Below, piece after piece: positions 49,174 to 57,947 of a DNA stretch of 64,000 bases (the stretch's first letter is position 1; every line of letters starts with the position of its first letter). Source of the DNA: Sulfuriflexus sp. (GTDB taxonomy: Bacteria; Pseudomonadota; Gammaproteobacteria; AKS1); NCBI GenBank assembly GCA_023134145.1, contig JAGLUW010000017.1, forward strand, positions 43,136-107,135. The letters are read 5' to 3'. Made by a program: the position numbers and the translations under genes. The notes below the pieces were generated by a model. It saw only the letters and a list, made by a program, of their open reading frames with translations, was not told the origin of the DNA and did no database searches.

Positions 49174-52100
49174 TTATTCTGTATTTATAATACTTGAAAT
49201 ATCAAAATCATTATCTGCAGAGTCACTGTCATGGCATGATTTATGTTGTTTGCATAGAATCAGCCTGTTTACCATTGCAGTCCAGAAAGTGCGATCAGTC
49301 ACTGGTGGTTTCTGGTAGTAATTAAGAATGTTATTACTATCCTTTGCAGTTACCTTACTAGCTTGTTGTTTAAAAAGTTCATCGCGGGCTAACAGGTCAA
49401 AGTACTTGATAATGCGATCAGGTATAAATCGATCTCCGGCCTCAACAAAATAAGCTTTTCCTGCTTTAGATATAATCACAACGCCCCAGTTATCTTCATT
49501 GATGAGTACGTCACGTACTTGTATGTTCTGTAATGTAATCGGTTTTCCTAGGGGAGTTCCATCTGCACGCCAGAAATATAGTTTGTCGGTATCGGTTGCC
49601 GTTACCAACCACTTGCCATCAGTAGAAAAATTGACAGCAACAATCCCGCTATCATGTTTTAGTTGAGCAGCACTCACCATTGAAGTAAAAGCACCTTGCA
49701 GAACAGTCCACAAATTAACAATGCCATTACGATCGCCGCTAGCTAAAATGCTACCGTCTGGATTCCATGCAAGCGTCGTTATTGCTGCGCGACTTTTGTG
49801 CAGCGCAGAGGCCGTTGCTCTGGTTGTTGGTCGGCGATTAGATATGGGGAATAAATGTACAGCTCCTTGCCAATTGGCGGTTGCGAGCACGGACTGGGTA
49901 GGATGCCATTGGAGCGTGGAGAGAGTGCCCTGTAGATTTACATCTGATATAAACTCACCATCATCACGTGCAGCCAATTTCTCATAGCGTATTTTTTTCA
50001 GGGTAAACGAAGAGCGTTTATTGCCTTTGATATTAATGATATCTATTTTGCCGGTGCTGCTGGTGCTCGCAATATATTCGTTCCCTGTCGCTAGTTTTTG
50101 GACTCTGGATTTTAAATTGTCTATCGTCTTTAGATGCGCGCCATCTTGCATTCGCAATATGTGTAATTTATCGTCATCAGTTAAGAGTGTGTAGTGCTTT
50201 GCATCGGGTGCAATGCTGACCTGTTTTACTTTACTAGATAAATACTCGCCATTTGAAATCACTTCATTTTTTATATCAGTGGTCGAGTTCGTACTAGATA
50301 ATTGACTGGCTGCAAGAATAGAAGCCTTATTTCTTTCATTGCCTGTACTGGTATTAAATATCACACTGCCGAGTAGTCCAAGTTCATTCAGGCTTTTATC
50401 ATTGATCAGCAGGGCAGGTTTATTAATTTGTGGTTTTTTTATTCCTCGTCGGCTTGGGTTTATTTGATGGCGATAAATTTGTAGTGAATCGCTGTCATTA
50501 TCAGAATAAACTTTTGGAAAAAGTCCTGAATCAGATTCTGTTTTATATAAGTACTGATATTTTGAAAATACTTTCCTTGATGAGGCAGACAATGCATATT
50601 CATCAGTTAGGTTTTTAGTTGCCATTAATGTTTTGTCGAGCAAGTAGGTGCCGGAATCTGTCGCTAGTAGTATATTGTTTTCCAGATCAACCATGCTAAA
50701 GATGTTTGACGCAGGCCTGATGGTGGTGACTTTATTATTAATACTATTATGGCTAAAAAGTTCACCATTACTTGCGGAAAAGATAAACTGATGCCGATTT
50801 ATTTTTGCTGCACCTGTAATGAGTTTAAAGTCATAAGATTTACTTTCCAGAATAAGTTGTGGTTGTGAGACCGTGAGGCTGTCGGTAAGTTTTATCTCAT
50901 AACTATAGGTATTCTCATCATTATCGAAATTCAGAAAAGTAGACAAAAATAGAATTGAATCACTACCTGCCTGTTTACTTAATAATCCTGGAAAATGGAT
51001 ATAGCTTTTTGATGATCTCTCCAGTTCATCTGGTATTGGCACATCAACGTAATGGGTAGTCACGAGATCGCCAGCGATGTTTGTGATTGCAACGCGTGGT
51101 TTAATTTGTATTTTTATCCAGTTATTTCTCCAACTATCAGCGCCATAATCGTTGGTAAGTGAGAGTGAGGCAATATTTAAAACCCAGTCAGGCAACCATG
51201 AGTCGTAACTACTTACAATATTAATAAAACCTGTTTTGGTGATAATAGGGTTAGGTTTTGCGACGTTACTGCCAAATGGGTCAATATCATCAAGTACAGA
51301 AGTATTTTGCCATTCGCCATCAGCCTGTTGTTGCCATAACCACTTGTTATTAATGAGCACAAGTTTGCTATTAATGATGTCAAACTTTTCTATATATAGA
51401 TCATCATTGGCACTAATTTGGTTTAAATTAGTAAAGGAATTGGTTTGGTTGCCGTCCCATATTCTCAGAGAGTTATTATCACTAATAATAAGTTGGTTAT
51501 TATTCAGGAAACGAAGGTGCATACTATCTTCAATGCCGGTTAAAACCGGCGTTTTGAATTTCCCAGTTTTGGTATCAATCAACTTTATTGAATAGGTCTT
51601 ATTGCTGTATCGAATTTCCTCAGCCGTTTTATTTTCTACGATTAACGCCAGTTCGCTGCTATCCGGTGTAAATGTAGCACCAAAATTATTGAACTGTGTT
51701 CGTTTTAATCTAGTTTGAAGCGGAGCCGTTAAAAGCTTCTTGTCAGATAAGCGTAGTAGAGTGGCAAAACTATTATCATTTTCGTAATGGATGGCTAGCG
51801 CTGTTTCTTTGTCAGGTGAAACAAGAGGATAAAAACTTCTTCCACTAACTAACTTATTGGTATTGTTAATAGCATTAAGGTGCCAGTTAGGTTGTCTGAA
51901 TAGATCAATAAGCCATTCAGGGGCGAGTTCGTTATTTTCGTCGTCGCGTTGTTGTTCATCGGCTGCCAACTGCCCTCGACGAATATTTCCAGACTCGCGT
52001 GAGCGAGTGATGGCTTTAAAATAGCTATTTAGTGCGGCAGAGGAATTACCTTGCTGACTAAGCAGGCTTGCTTTGGTGTATTCTGCTTCTGCGATAAGGG

Positions 52101-54276
52101 CAGTGCTATCAGCTTTACTTTTTATTAATATTTGTTCTTTTGCGCGGACTTCATCTCGTTGTGAAGAAAGTTCATCAAGCGAGTTGAGGGTAATAACACC
52201 AAAAAAGGCAGCGGCTATACTGATAGCGCTGAAACTGGCCTGTAAAACACGCTTTCTTTTTTGCAGTTGTTTTGCGCGGATAAGCGAAGTATCAATAAAG
52301 TCAGCAGTATCGGCGTCAATTTGTAATCCACTTAATTTCAGATAACGAATATCTTCAAGTCGTTTACCTGACGTGGCAAGCATATCTCGACGTTGAGATT
52401 CATTTTGCCAGCGCAGACAGTCCTGATCGATTCGTTCACGAACTTGGAGTAATTCTTGATCCTGTTCTAGCCAGTGTTGTACACGATCCCAGTGATGAAT
52501 TAGTGCCTCGTGGGTGATATTGACAACCGCTTCAGGTTTGTCGCTACCACTCGTCTCCGCAGTGTAACCGGTGAGTAAGCGACTATTGAGCAATGTGTCG
52601 ACCAGTAACTTGTCATCTACGTTGTCACTAAACCGTGACAGTGGTGCGACGCGTCGAGTAGCCTTACCTTGTTCATCGATAGCGACCAGTTCACGCATGA
52701 CGCGAGCAAAAATAGTTTCAGGCTCATCAGTAAAATATTTTTGTATTGCAGTGAAGGCATCTTCGGCCGTTTGGGTAAGGGCGCCTTCTAATCCACCGAG
52801 CTGTTCATAGGCTTTAAATGTAAGTTGTTTGTTGTCACGGTCACGTTCTTGATAGAGACGTTCAAGTGTAAATTCAAGCAAGGGTAACGCGCCGGGATTA
52901 CCTTCGGCATCTTCGAGTAGACGTTGCTCGAGTCCTTCAGCATGAATGTCTTGTTCGAAACTCAGGCCTGCCGCCAGAGCAGGGCCAGTAATAATTTCTT
53001 GAAGTTCATGTGGTCTTGGGATGCTTAGATCATATTGGCGCGAAGCATCTTTTAAATTCATCAATTCAGGTAGTGAAAATAGTTGTGGATAAAAGTCACT
53101 ACGCATCGTAGCGATAATCCAAATCTTGCCACTGCGTGACAGACTATCGATAACATTTAGAAAGGACACCTGTTGTTCGGTGTCGAATTGAAATAACTCT
53201 TCAAATTGATCAATGGTAATAAGTAAACGCGTATCCGCTGTGCCAGTCATTTGCTCCTGAGCCGCAAGTACTTTCCCCCAGCGTTTTAGTGCTGAATCAA
53301 CGGGTTTGGAAGCCATCGCGGGGCTACTTTTCCATAGATCAGATAATTCCCGAGGTTGACTGTAATCACCTTCAGCCAGTTCAGGTAAAACGGAGTGTTC
53401 GTATAACTGTGTAACAAGCCCATGAACAGGATCAGTACCTAATTCGGCGGGACGTACTACCAGCGTACGCCAACCGGCGACGCCTTCAATGGGATTGGTT
53501 TCTTTCAGCGCAGGGATAAGACCTGCACGGACAAGTGATGATTTACCTGCACCACTGGCACCAATAATTAATAGGAATCCGATACCATCTCGTTGTTGGT
53601 TAGCAAGCAGGCGAGCCCGAACTTCATTTATCGCACGGCGACGTCCAAAATAAATGGCTGCATGTTCTTCATCGAAAACATCAAGGCCACGATAAGGAGA
53701 ACCTTTACTTTCTGGCCAGGTGACATGATGAAAACGGCGTTTTAACCATGCACGCAGGTCTTTTTCTAATTGTTGCTCAAATTCATCCGTATCTGCAAAA
53801 GGTTTGAAGCCGGCTGTAAAATGGCCTTTCTCATTTTGAATCCAGCGGCGCCAGAAACTTTCCAGTGACTGTAATTCCGCCTGTTCCTGATCAACATGTT
53901 CTGCATTGAAGGAAATGGCAGCGGTCTTTCGGTAAACAAGGATATCGGGCAGCTCTCCGGACAGGGCTGCCTCCATGGCAGTTTCAAATTCGTATTCGGT
54001 TCCAGTGGGCGTGCTGCCATCATCACGCTGATAGTCATCGGGGAGTGGGCTGCCAAGACGTTTCCATAGTATGCACAGTACGATATCGACATCAGCAGGT
54101 GAGGCTATTTGATCCTGAAATGTGCTGCGTGCAGTGTAGAATGCTTCTTCCCAGCGGATTACTTCGAATTCCACACCTTCGTAATCAAGTTTAATGCGGT
54201 TAACAACATTATCGACCCTACGGCGTTCAGCAGCGACATCGATAGGGGATGAGACAAACAATCTGATCTTTTGCAT
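49174..54276 (-). CDS. DUF4062/TIR-like + STAND (nSTAND1-type) NTPase + TM + beta-propeller/WD40 protein
   Basis: LFVSSP.DV..ER, ILWKRLG, TGTEYEF; SPYRGL..F, FGR, Walker A GASGAGKSS, Walker B IDQFEELF, TMRSDF, GALPLL, HEALI..W; TM at about aa 676-696; C-terminal WD40 repeats. Confidence 0.88.
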   Translation of the reverse strand: MQKIRLFVSSPIDVAAERRRVDNVVNRIKLDYEGVEFEVIRWEEAFYTARSTFQDQIASPADVDIVLCILWKRLGSPLPDDYQRDDGSTPTGTEYEFETAMEAALSGELPDILVYRKTAAISFNAEHVDQEQAELQSLESFWRRWIQNEKGHFTAGFKPFADTDEFEQQLEKDLRAWLKRRFHHVTWPESKGSPYRGLDVFDEEHAAIYFGRRRAINEVRARLLANQQRDGIGFLLIIGASGAGKSSLVRAGLIPALKETNPIEGVAGWRTLVVRPAELGTDPVHGLVTQLYEHSVLPELAEGDYSQPRELSDLWKSSPAMASKPVDSALKRWGKVLAAQEQMTGTADTRLLITIDQFEELFQFDTEQQVSFLNVIDSLSRSGKIWIIATMRSDFYPQLFSLPELMNLKDASRQYDLSIPRPHELQEIITGPALAAGLSFEQDIHAEGLEQRLLEDAEGNPGALPLLEFTLERLYQERDRDNKQLTFKAYEQLGGLEGALTQTAEDAFTAIQKYFTDEPETIFARVMRELVAIDEQGKATRRVAPLSRFSDNVDDKLLVDTLLNSRLLTGYTAETSGSDKPEAVVNITHEALIHHWDRVQHWLEQDQELLQVRERIDQDCLRWQNESQRRDMLATSGKRLEDIRYLKLSGLQIDADTADFIDTSLIRAKQLQKRKRVLQASFSAISIAAAFFGVITLNSLDELSSQRDEVRAKEQILIKSKADSTALIAEAEYTKASLLSQQGNSSAALNSYFKAITRSRESGNIRRGQLAADEQQRDDENNELAPEWLIDLFRQPNWHLNAINNTNKLVSGRSFYPLVSPDKETALAIHYENDNSFATLLRLSDKKLLTAPLQTRLKRTQFNNFGATFTPDSSELALIVENKTAEEIRYSNKTYSIKLIDTKTGKFKTPVLTGIEDSMHLRFLNNNQLIISDNNSLRIWDGNQTNSFTNLNQISANDDLYIEKFDIINSKLVLINNKWLWQQQADGEWQNTSVLDDIDPFGSNVAKPNPIITKTGFINIVSSYDSWLPDWVLNIASLSLTNDYGADSWRNNWIKIQIKPRVAITNIAGDLVTTHYVDVPIPDELERSSKSYIHFPGLLSKQAGSDSILFLSTFLNFDNDENTYSYEIKLTDSLTVSQPQLILESKSYDFKLITGAAKINRHQFIFSASNGELFSHNSINNKVTTIRPASNIFSMVDLENNILLATDSGTYLLDKTLMATKNLTDEYALSASSRKVFSKYQYLYKTESDSGLFPKVYSDNDSDSLQIYRHQINPSRRGIKKPQINKPALLINDKSLNELGLLGSVIFNTSTGNERNKASILAASQLSSTNSTTDIKNEVISNGEYLSSKVKQVSIAPDAKHYTLLTDDDKLHILRMQDGAHLKTIDNLKSRVQKLATGNEYIASTSSTGKIDIINIKGNKRSSFTLKKIRYEKLAARDDGEFISDVNLQGTLSTLQWHPTQSVLATANWQGAVHLFPISNRRPTTRATASALHKSRAAITTLAWNPDGSILASGDRNGIVNLWTVLQGAFTSMVSAAQLKHDSGIVAVNFSTDGKWLVTATDTDKLYFWRADGTPLGKPITLQNIQVRDVLINEDNWGVVIISKAGKAYFVEAGDRFIPDRIIKYFDLLARDELFKQQASKVTAKDSNNILNYYQKPPVTDRTFWTAMVNRLILCKQHKSCHDSDSADNDFDISSIINTE

Positions 54277-54384
54277 GAGTATATTTTTACTTATTCTTAC
54301 AAGCCCAAAGCATAGCTTAAATTTTACGGTTTGTTGTTAGTTTTATTTGTATCCGGTGCGGGATAAATATTAATTAAACTGCCT

Positions 54385-56154
54385 TTATGAAGTGCGTAAT
54401 AAATACATTGGCATATCACCATACTTCTTTGCCGTTGGCACAACACCTACATATTCAGTAGTAAAACCACTGTTGTTTTCAAGTGCCAGTTCTGCGGCCA
54501 GTTGGCGAGTCACATATACCTCACCTTCGGGGGTGATGGGCTCTATGCGCGCGGCCTTGGTGACGTGAGCACCGAAGTAATTGGTGCGATGTAAAACGGG
54601 ATCTTCGAGCTCATAGATTGGGCCATAATGCACGCCAAGTCGTAATGCCAAATGAGGGGGAAGACCGGCACTAGCCAAGTCAATATTTTGCATCGCTACT
54701 TGTAAAGCGATAGCACATTGGCTGGCAGACAAGGCATCTTTAAATACAACAAATAAGCCATCACCCCAGGTGTTAGTGCTGAGCACGGATGAATTAAAAG
54801 GTTTTAGGGCAACAGCCAATGCACCAAAAAGCTGCTCAACAAAGGCTGGAATTTGCTCGTCATTGAGTTTACTAAAGCCTTTTACATCACCGAACAACAT
54901 CGCATGTGCGCGGCGTTGACTACTGTCCAATTCTGCAGAAATGATGGTTTGCTTATCCGGTGGAGACAGTGATTTGCCATCGGTAGCACTCAGTAAAATA
55001 GCATCGTGATCCTGTAATTGCCATGATTGTATATCGGCATAGGTTCCCGCAGCACCCGTTGATGTTTCACCATCCCACACGGCAACTTGCTTGACTGACG
55101 TTTGCAGGTTGCGTGACTTTTGTAATGCCAGCCCCATCGCAAGACGTGTGGCATAGTGAAACAATGTATTGTCACCAAGGTAACTACCATCGCATGAATA
55201 ACTAACGAAATTGGCCTTATCAATACAGCGGTAAAAACGTTCGGTCCATTCTGCGCCAGCAGGTTTTACTGAGACCTCGATGAACTCATCCATGTCAAAA
55301 GGAAGCACAATATGCAATCTGGCTCCTCGCTCGAGTAGCGCCTCGGCAAATAAAATGTCGGCGCCATTGGCAAGTGAGCCATAACCAAAACCAATGTCGA
55401 GTTCTGCAAGATTATTTACTATCGATTCTTTTACCACTTGTTCTGCTTGCGGACGAAAACGACCAGAATCATTCGTATTCGATATCATATGGCCACAAAA
55501 ATGGATAACGCCTGGTGGTGTGAGTGCCGAAAGAAAAGACGTTTGTTGTTCTGGGATTAATAGTGCCAGTTGGCGGCGGGTTGTTGCCATGGCTGCATAA
55601 TCATTTTCCACATGTTCTCTGGCTGAGTTAAGTAATGATTTTGCCGATTCCAGATCATCAAGTACTAACAATGCTTCAGCCATACTGACTAGACGGTAAT
55701 ATTCACCGAGTCCTTGTCCGCTGGGTTCTTGCTCACAGAGTGTTAAGGTTTGTTTTGCAAGTTCTACTGCTAAAGTCGTATCACCAGAAAGTTTGTAAAG
55801 GCTGGCCGCATTGATTGCCGTGTAGTAGCCACCAGTGCGATTGAATACATCATGGTACTGTCCTGCGGCTTGTTCAAATAGCGCATTACGCTCAGTTTTG
55901 TTGGTTGAACTTAGTGCGAGATCTTTGGCTAATCTAGCACCAAGCGCGGCATAATCTTCATTATCTGAATCAGCAAAGCCGAATTCATTGAAAAGTTTCT
56001 GCGCCCGCGTTGTTGCTCCAGAGCGTGCGAGTGATAACACGGCAAGATAATGAAACTCTTCATTGTCGGTCTGAGATATCGCGGCATCATATGCTGAAAG
56101 GTATTCGCCTTGTCCTATCAGTTTGCGAATATTTGCAGGGGTAACGTCGTTCAT
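54385..56154 (-). CDS. TPR (TPR-S/MAP3K TRAF-binding-like) + SLOG + class III nucleotide cyclase
   Basis: LGARLAKD, GYYTAINAA (TPR-S); FCGHMI, GSLANGADILFAE, HIVLPF, AVWDG...AGT (SLOG); FGDVKGFSKL, TWGDG, RLGVHYGP, FGAHV..AARIEP (cyclase). Confidence 0.85.
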   Translation of the reverse strand: MNDVTPANIRKLIGQGEYLSAYDAAISQTDNEEFHYLAVLSLARSGATTRAQKLFNEFGFADSDNEDYAALGARLAKDLALSSTNKTERNALFEQAAGQYHDVFNRTGGYYTAINAASLYKLSGDTTLAVELAKQTLTLCEQEPSGQGLGEYYRLVSMAEALLVLDDLESAKSLLNSAREHVENDYAAMATTRRQLALLIPEQQTSFLSALTPPGVIHFCGHMISNTNDSGRFRPQAEQVVKESIVNNLAELDIGFGYGSLANGADILFAEALLERGARLHIVLPFDMDEFIEVSVKPAGAEWTERFYRCIDKANFVSYSCDGSYLGDNTLFHYATRLAMGLALQKSRNLQTSVKQVAVWDGETSTGAAGTYADIQSWQLQDHDAILLSATDGKSLSPPDKQTIISAELDSSQRRAHAMLFGDVKGFSKLNDEQIPAFVEQLFGALAVALKPFNSSVLSTNTWGDGLFVVFKDALSASQCAIALQVAMQNIDLASAGLPPHLALRLGVHYGPIYELEDPVLHRTNYFGAHVTKAARIEPITPEGEVYVTRQLAAELALENNSGFTTEYVGVVPTAKKYGDMPMYLLRTS

Positions 56155-56223
56155 TAATGTTTATTCTCAATATTGCTAATTCAGTGTAACTGCGACTAAG
56201 AATATAGCAGATTTTAGAGGGGG

Positions 56224-56907
56224 TTAGCGTCTTAGTATTGCAATCCAGCGCCCTAGATTGAGCAAGCTGGCTAATGAGCCGGAAACATAGGTTAATGCTG
56301 CCGCAGTTAAAATCTTATGCGCATGTTTCATTTCCCTGTCTGAGATGTATTGACCATCTTTAAGAGCGGGTAGGGCGCGTTTAAAACTTGCATCCCATTC
56401 AACAGGTAAAGTGACGAAATGAACTAGGGTGCCGATTAACATGCTGCTAATCGCAACGATGAACATAATCAGGCCTAGTCGTGGTGAACGAGATATGAGA
56501 GCCATGACAGGAATAGCAATCATGGCGAGTGCGCCAATTTTTTCAGCGCCAATGGCAATGGATACAATTCGTTGTCTCAATTCAAAGGGAAGGTAACCAT
56601 TACGATGTTGAATTGCGTGACCAACCTCATGAGCCGCGACTGTAATCGCAGTGAGAGATTTACCATCAAATTTGTCTGTCGTTAGGCGTACTACTTTATC
56701 GGTAGGATCGTAATGATCGCCATCATTCGTTTTTTCTACTTTTACGCCATGCAATTCATATTTTTCAATTAAATGTTCTGCGAACTCACCACCTGTTCCC
56801 GGAAAGTGATCTTGCTGGGTGCTGTATTTTTTTAATACGTGAGACACCCAATATTGCGGGCCAAAAATAATGGCGAGAATTAATATGAGTCCGATGGCGA
56901 TAAGCAT
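56224..56907 (-). CDS. Neutral zinc metallopeptidase (YugP-like, membrane)
   Basis: DHYDP, AAHEVGHAIQH, TLPVEWDAS, AAALTYV; start re-called at ATG 56907. Confidence 0.92.
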   Translation of the reverse strand: MLIAIGLILILAIIFGPQYWVSHVLKKYSTQQDHFPGTGGEFAEHLIEKYELHGVKVEKTNDGDHYDPTDKVVRLTTDKFDGKSLTAITVAAHEVGHAIQHRNGYLPFELRQRIVSIAIGAEKIGALAMIAIPVMALISRSPRLGLIMFIVAISSMLIGTLVHFVTLPVEWDASFKRALPALKDGQYISDREMKHAHKILTAAALTYVSGSLASLLNLGRWIAILRR

Positions 56908-56925
56908 GTAAGTAATGGTAGCAAT

Positions 56926-56955
56926 AAAAAACCCTGACCGGAAACCGATCAGGGT
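56926..56955 (-). terminator. Terminator of ssrA
   Basis: Minus strand ACCCTGATCGG-ttt-CCGGTCAGGGT then T5, just after the CCA end. Confidence 0.85.
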
Positions 56956-56961
56956 CTGCAT

Positions 56962-57322
56962 TGGTGGAGACGGCGGGAATCGAACCCGCGTCCGCAAATC
57001 CTCCGCCTTCGGCTCTACATGCTTATCCTGTTAATTAATTTAATCAGTAGCTACCCAACAGGCAGGGAAGACTAAAGACGATTCCGTTAAGTTTTAACGC
57101 ATCCATTCCGGACAGATTTCAGCGCGATCTTATGTGAGTCGACCCCGGTTTTCTGAGCGCATAAGCACACATCAGGCCGAGGGCATTCGCAGGGGTTTAA
57201 GCTGCTAGTGCGTAGTTGTCGTCGTTGGCAACTATAAATTTGTAATAAGGATTTAAGAGGTTCATTACACCCTCTGCATGCACCTTGGGTTTTGTAATCC
57301 ACGTCGAAGCCATGTCGCCCCC
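56962..57322 (-). ncRNA. ssrA: tmRNA
   Basis: 5' GGGGGCG pairs with 3' CGTCTCC-ACCA; T-arm GCGGGTTCGATTCCCGC; tag ANDDNYALAA*; downstream of smpB. Confidence 0.97.
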
Positions 57323-57337
57323 AAAGTCTTACGTACT

Positions 57338-57365
57338 ACATGGGGGATTATAGAGGGGTTTCAAG
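57338..57365 (-). promoter_or_regulatory. Sigma32-like promoter of ssrA
   Basis: Minus strand CTTGAAA-N13-CCCCATGT, ending about 15 nt before the mature 5' end. Confidence 0.6.
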
Positions 57366-57380
57366 TCGGCGGCGAGGTTT

Positions 57381-57857
57381 TTAACTGTGTTTGAGAATAC
57401 GGCTCTTTTCACGCGCCCAGTCGTGGCTCTTTTCGGCGGCACGTTTGTCGTGATGCTTCTTGCCTTTGGCCAGTGCAATCTCGAGTTTGGCTTTGCCATG
57501 AGACCAATATAAGGCGGTAGGGATGATGGAGTAACCCTTGCGATCGACTGCGACCATGAGTTTATGCAGCTGTTCAGCATGTAATAGCAATTTACGAGTG
57601 CGGTTAGGCACTGGATTGATATGGGTTGAAGCAGACAGCAGGGGGCTTATGTGTGCACCATGCAGAAAGGCTTCGCCATTATTGAGCAAAACAAAGCTAT
57701 CGGCGATGCTGGCTTGGCCTTCGCGCATACTCTTTACTTCCCAGCCTTCCAGCACTAAACCTGCTTCTATACGGTCTTCCAGCAAGTAATCGTGACGAGA
57801 TTTCTTGTTTAGCGCGATGGTGCTACTGGGCTGTTTTTGCTTTTTTGATTTGGCCAT
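57381..57857 (-). CDS. smpB: SsrA-binding protein
   Basis: [35 protein letters not shown]. Confidence 0.97.
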   Translation of the reverse strand: MAKSKKQKQPSSTIALNKKSRHDYLLEDRIEAGLVLEGWEVKSMREGQASIADSFVLLNNGEAFLHGAHISPLLSASTHINPVPNRTRKLLLHAEQLHKLMVAVDRKGYSIIPTALYWSHGKAKLEIALAKGKKHHDKRAAEKSHDWAREKSRILKHS

Positions 57858-57947
57858 GCCGGTATTATACGCAGGCTAGCCTTGAGCCGCAGCATGATTT
57901 CACAGACAATGGGTAAATAATAAGCATAACAATGAAAAAGGTGCCGT

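Noticed and set aside
54385-56154. Canonical Pycsar or Thoeris system
   Set aside because: No cNMP-binding TIR/TM effector gene and no SIR2 or Macro ThsA; the architecture differs from both.
56908-56997. N-terminal extension of the zinc peptidase (MRTRVRFPPSPP...)
   Set aside because: Reads through the tmRNA T-arm, CCA end and terminator; the likely start is ATG 56907.
56962-57000. tRNA gene or att site
   Set aside because: It is the tRNA-like 3' end of tmRNA; no duplicate or integrase was seen.
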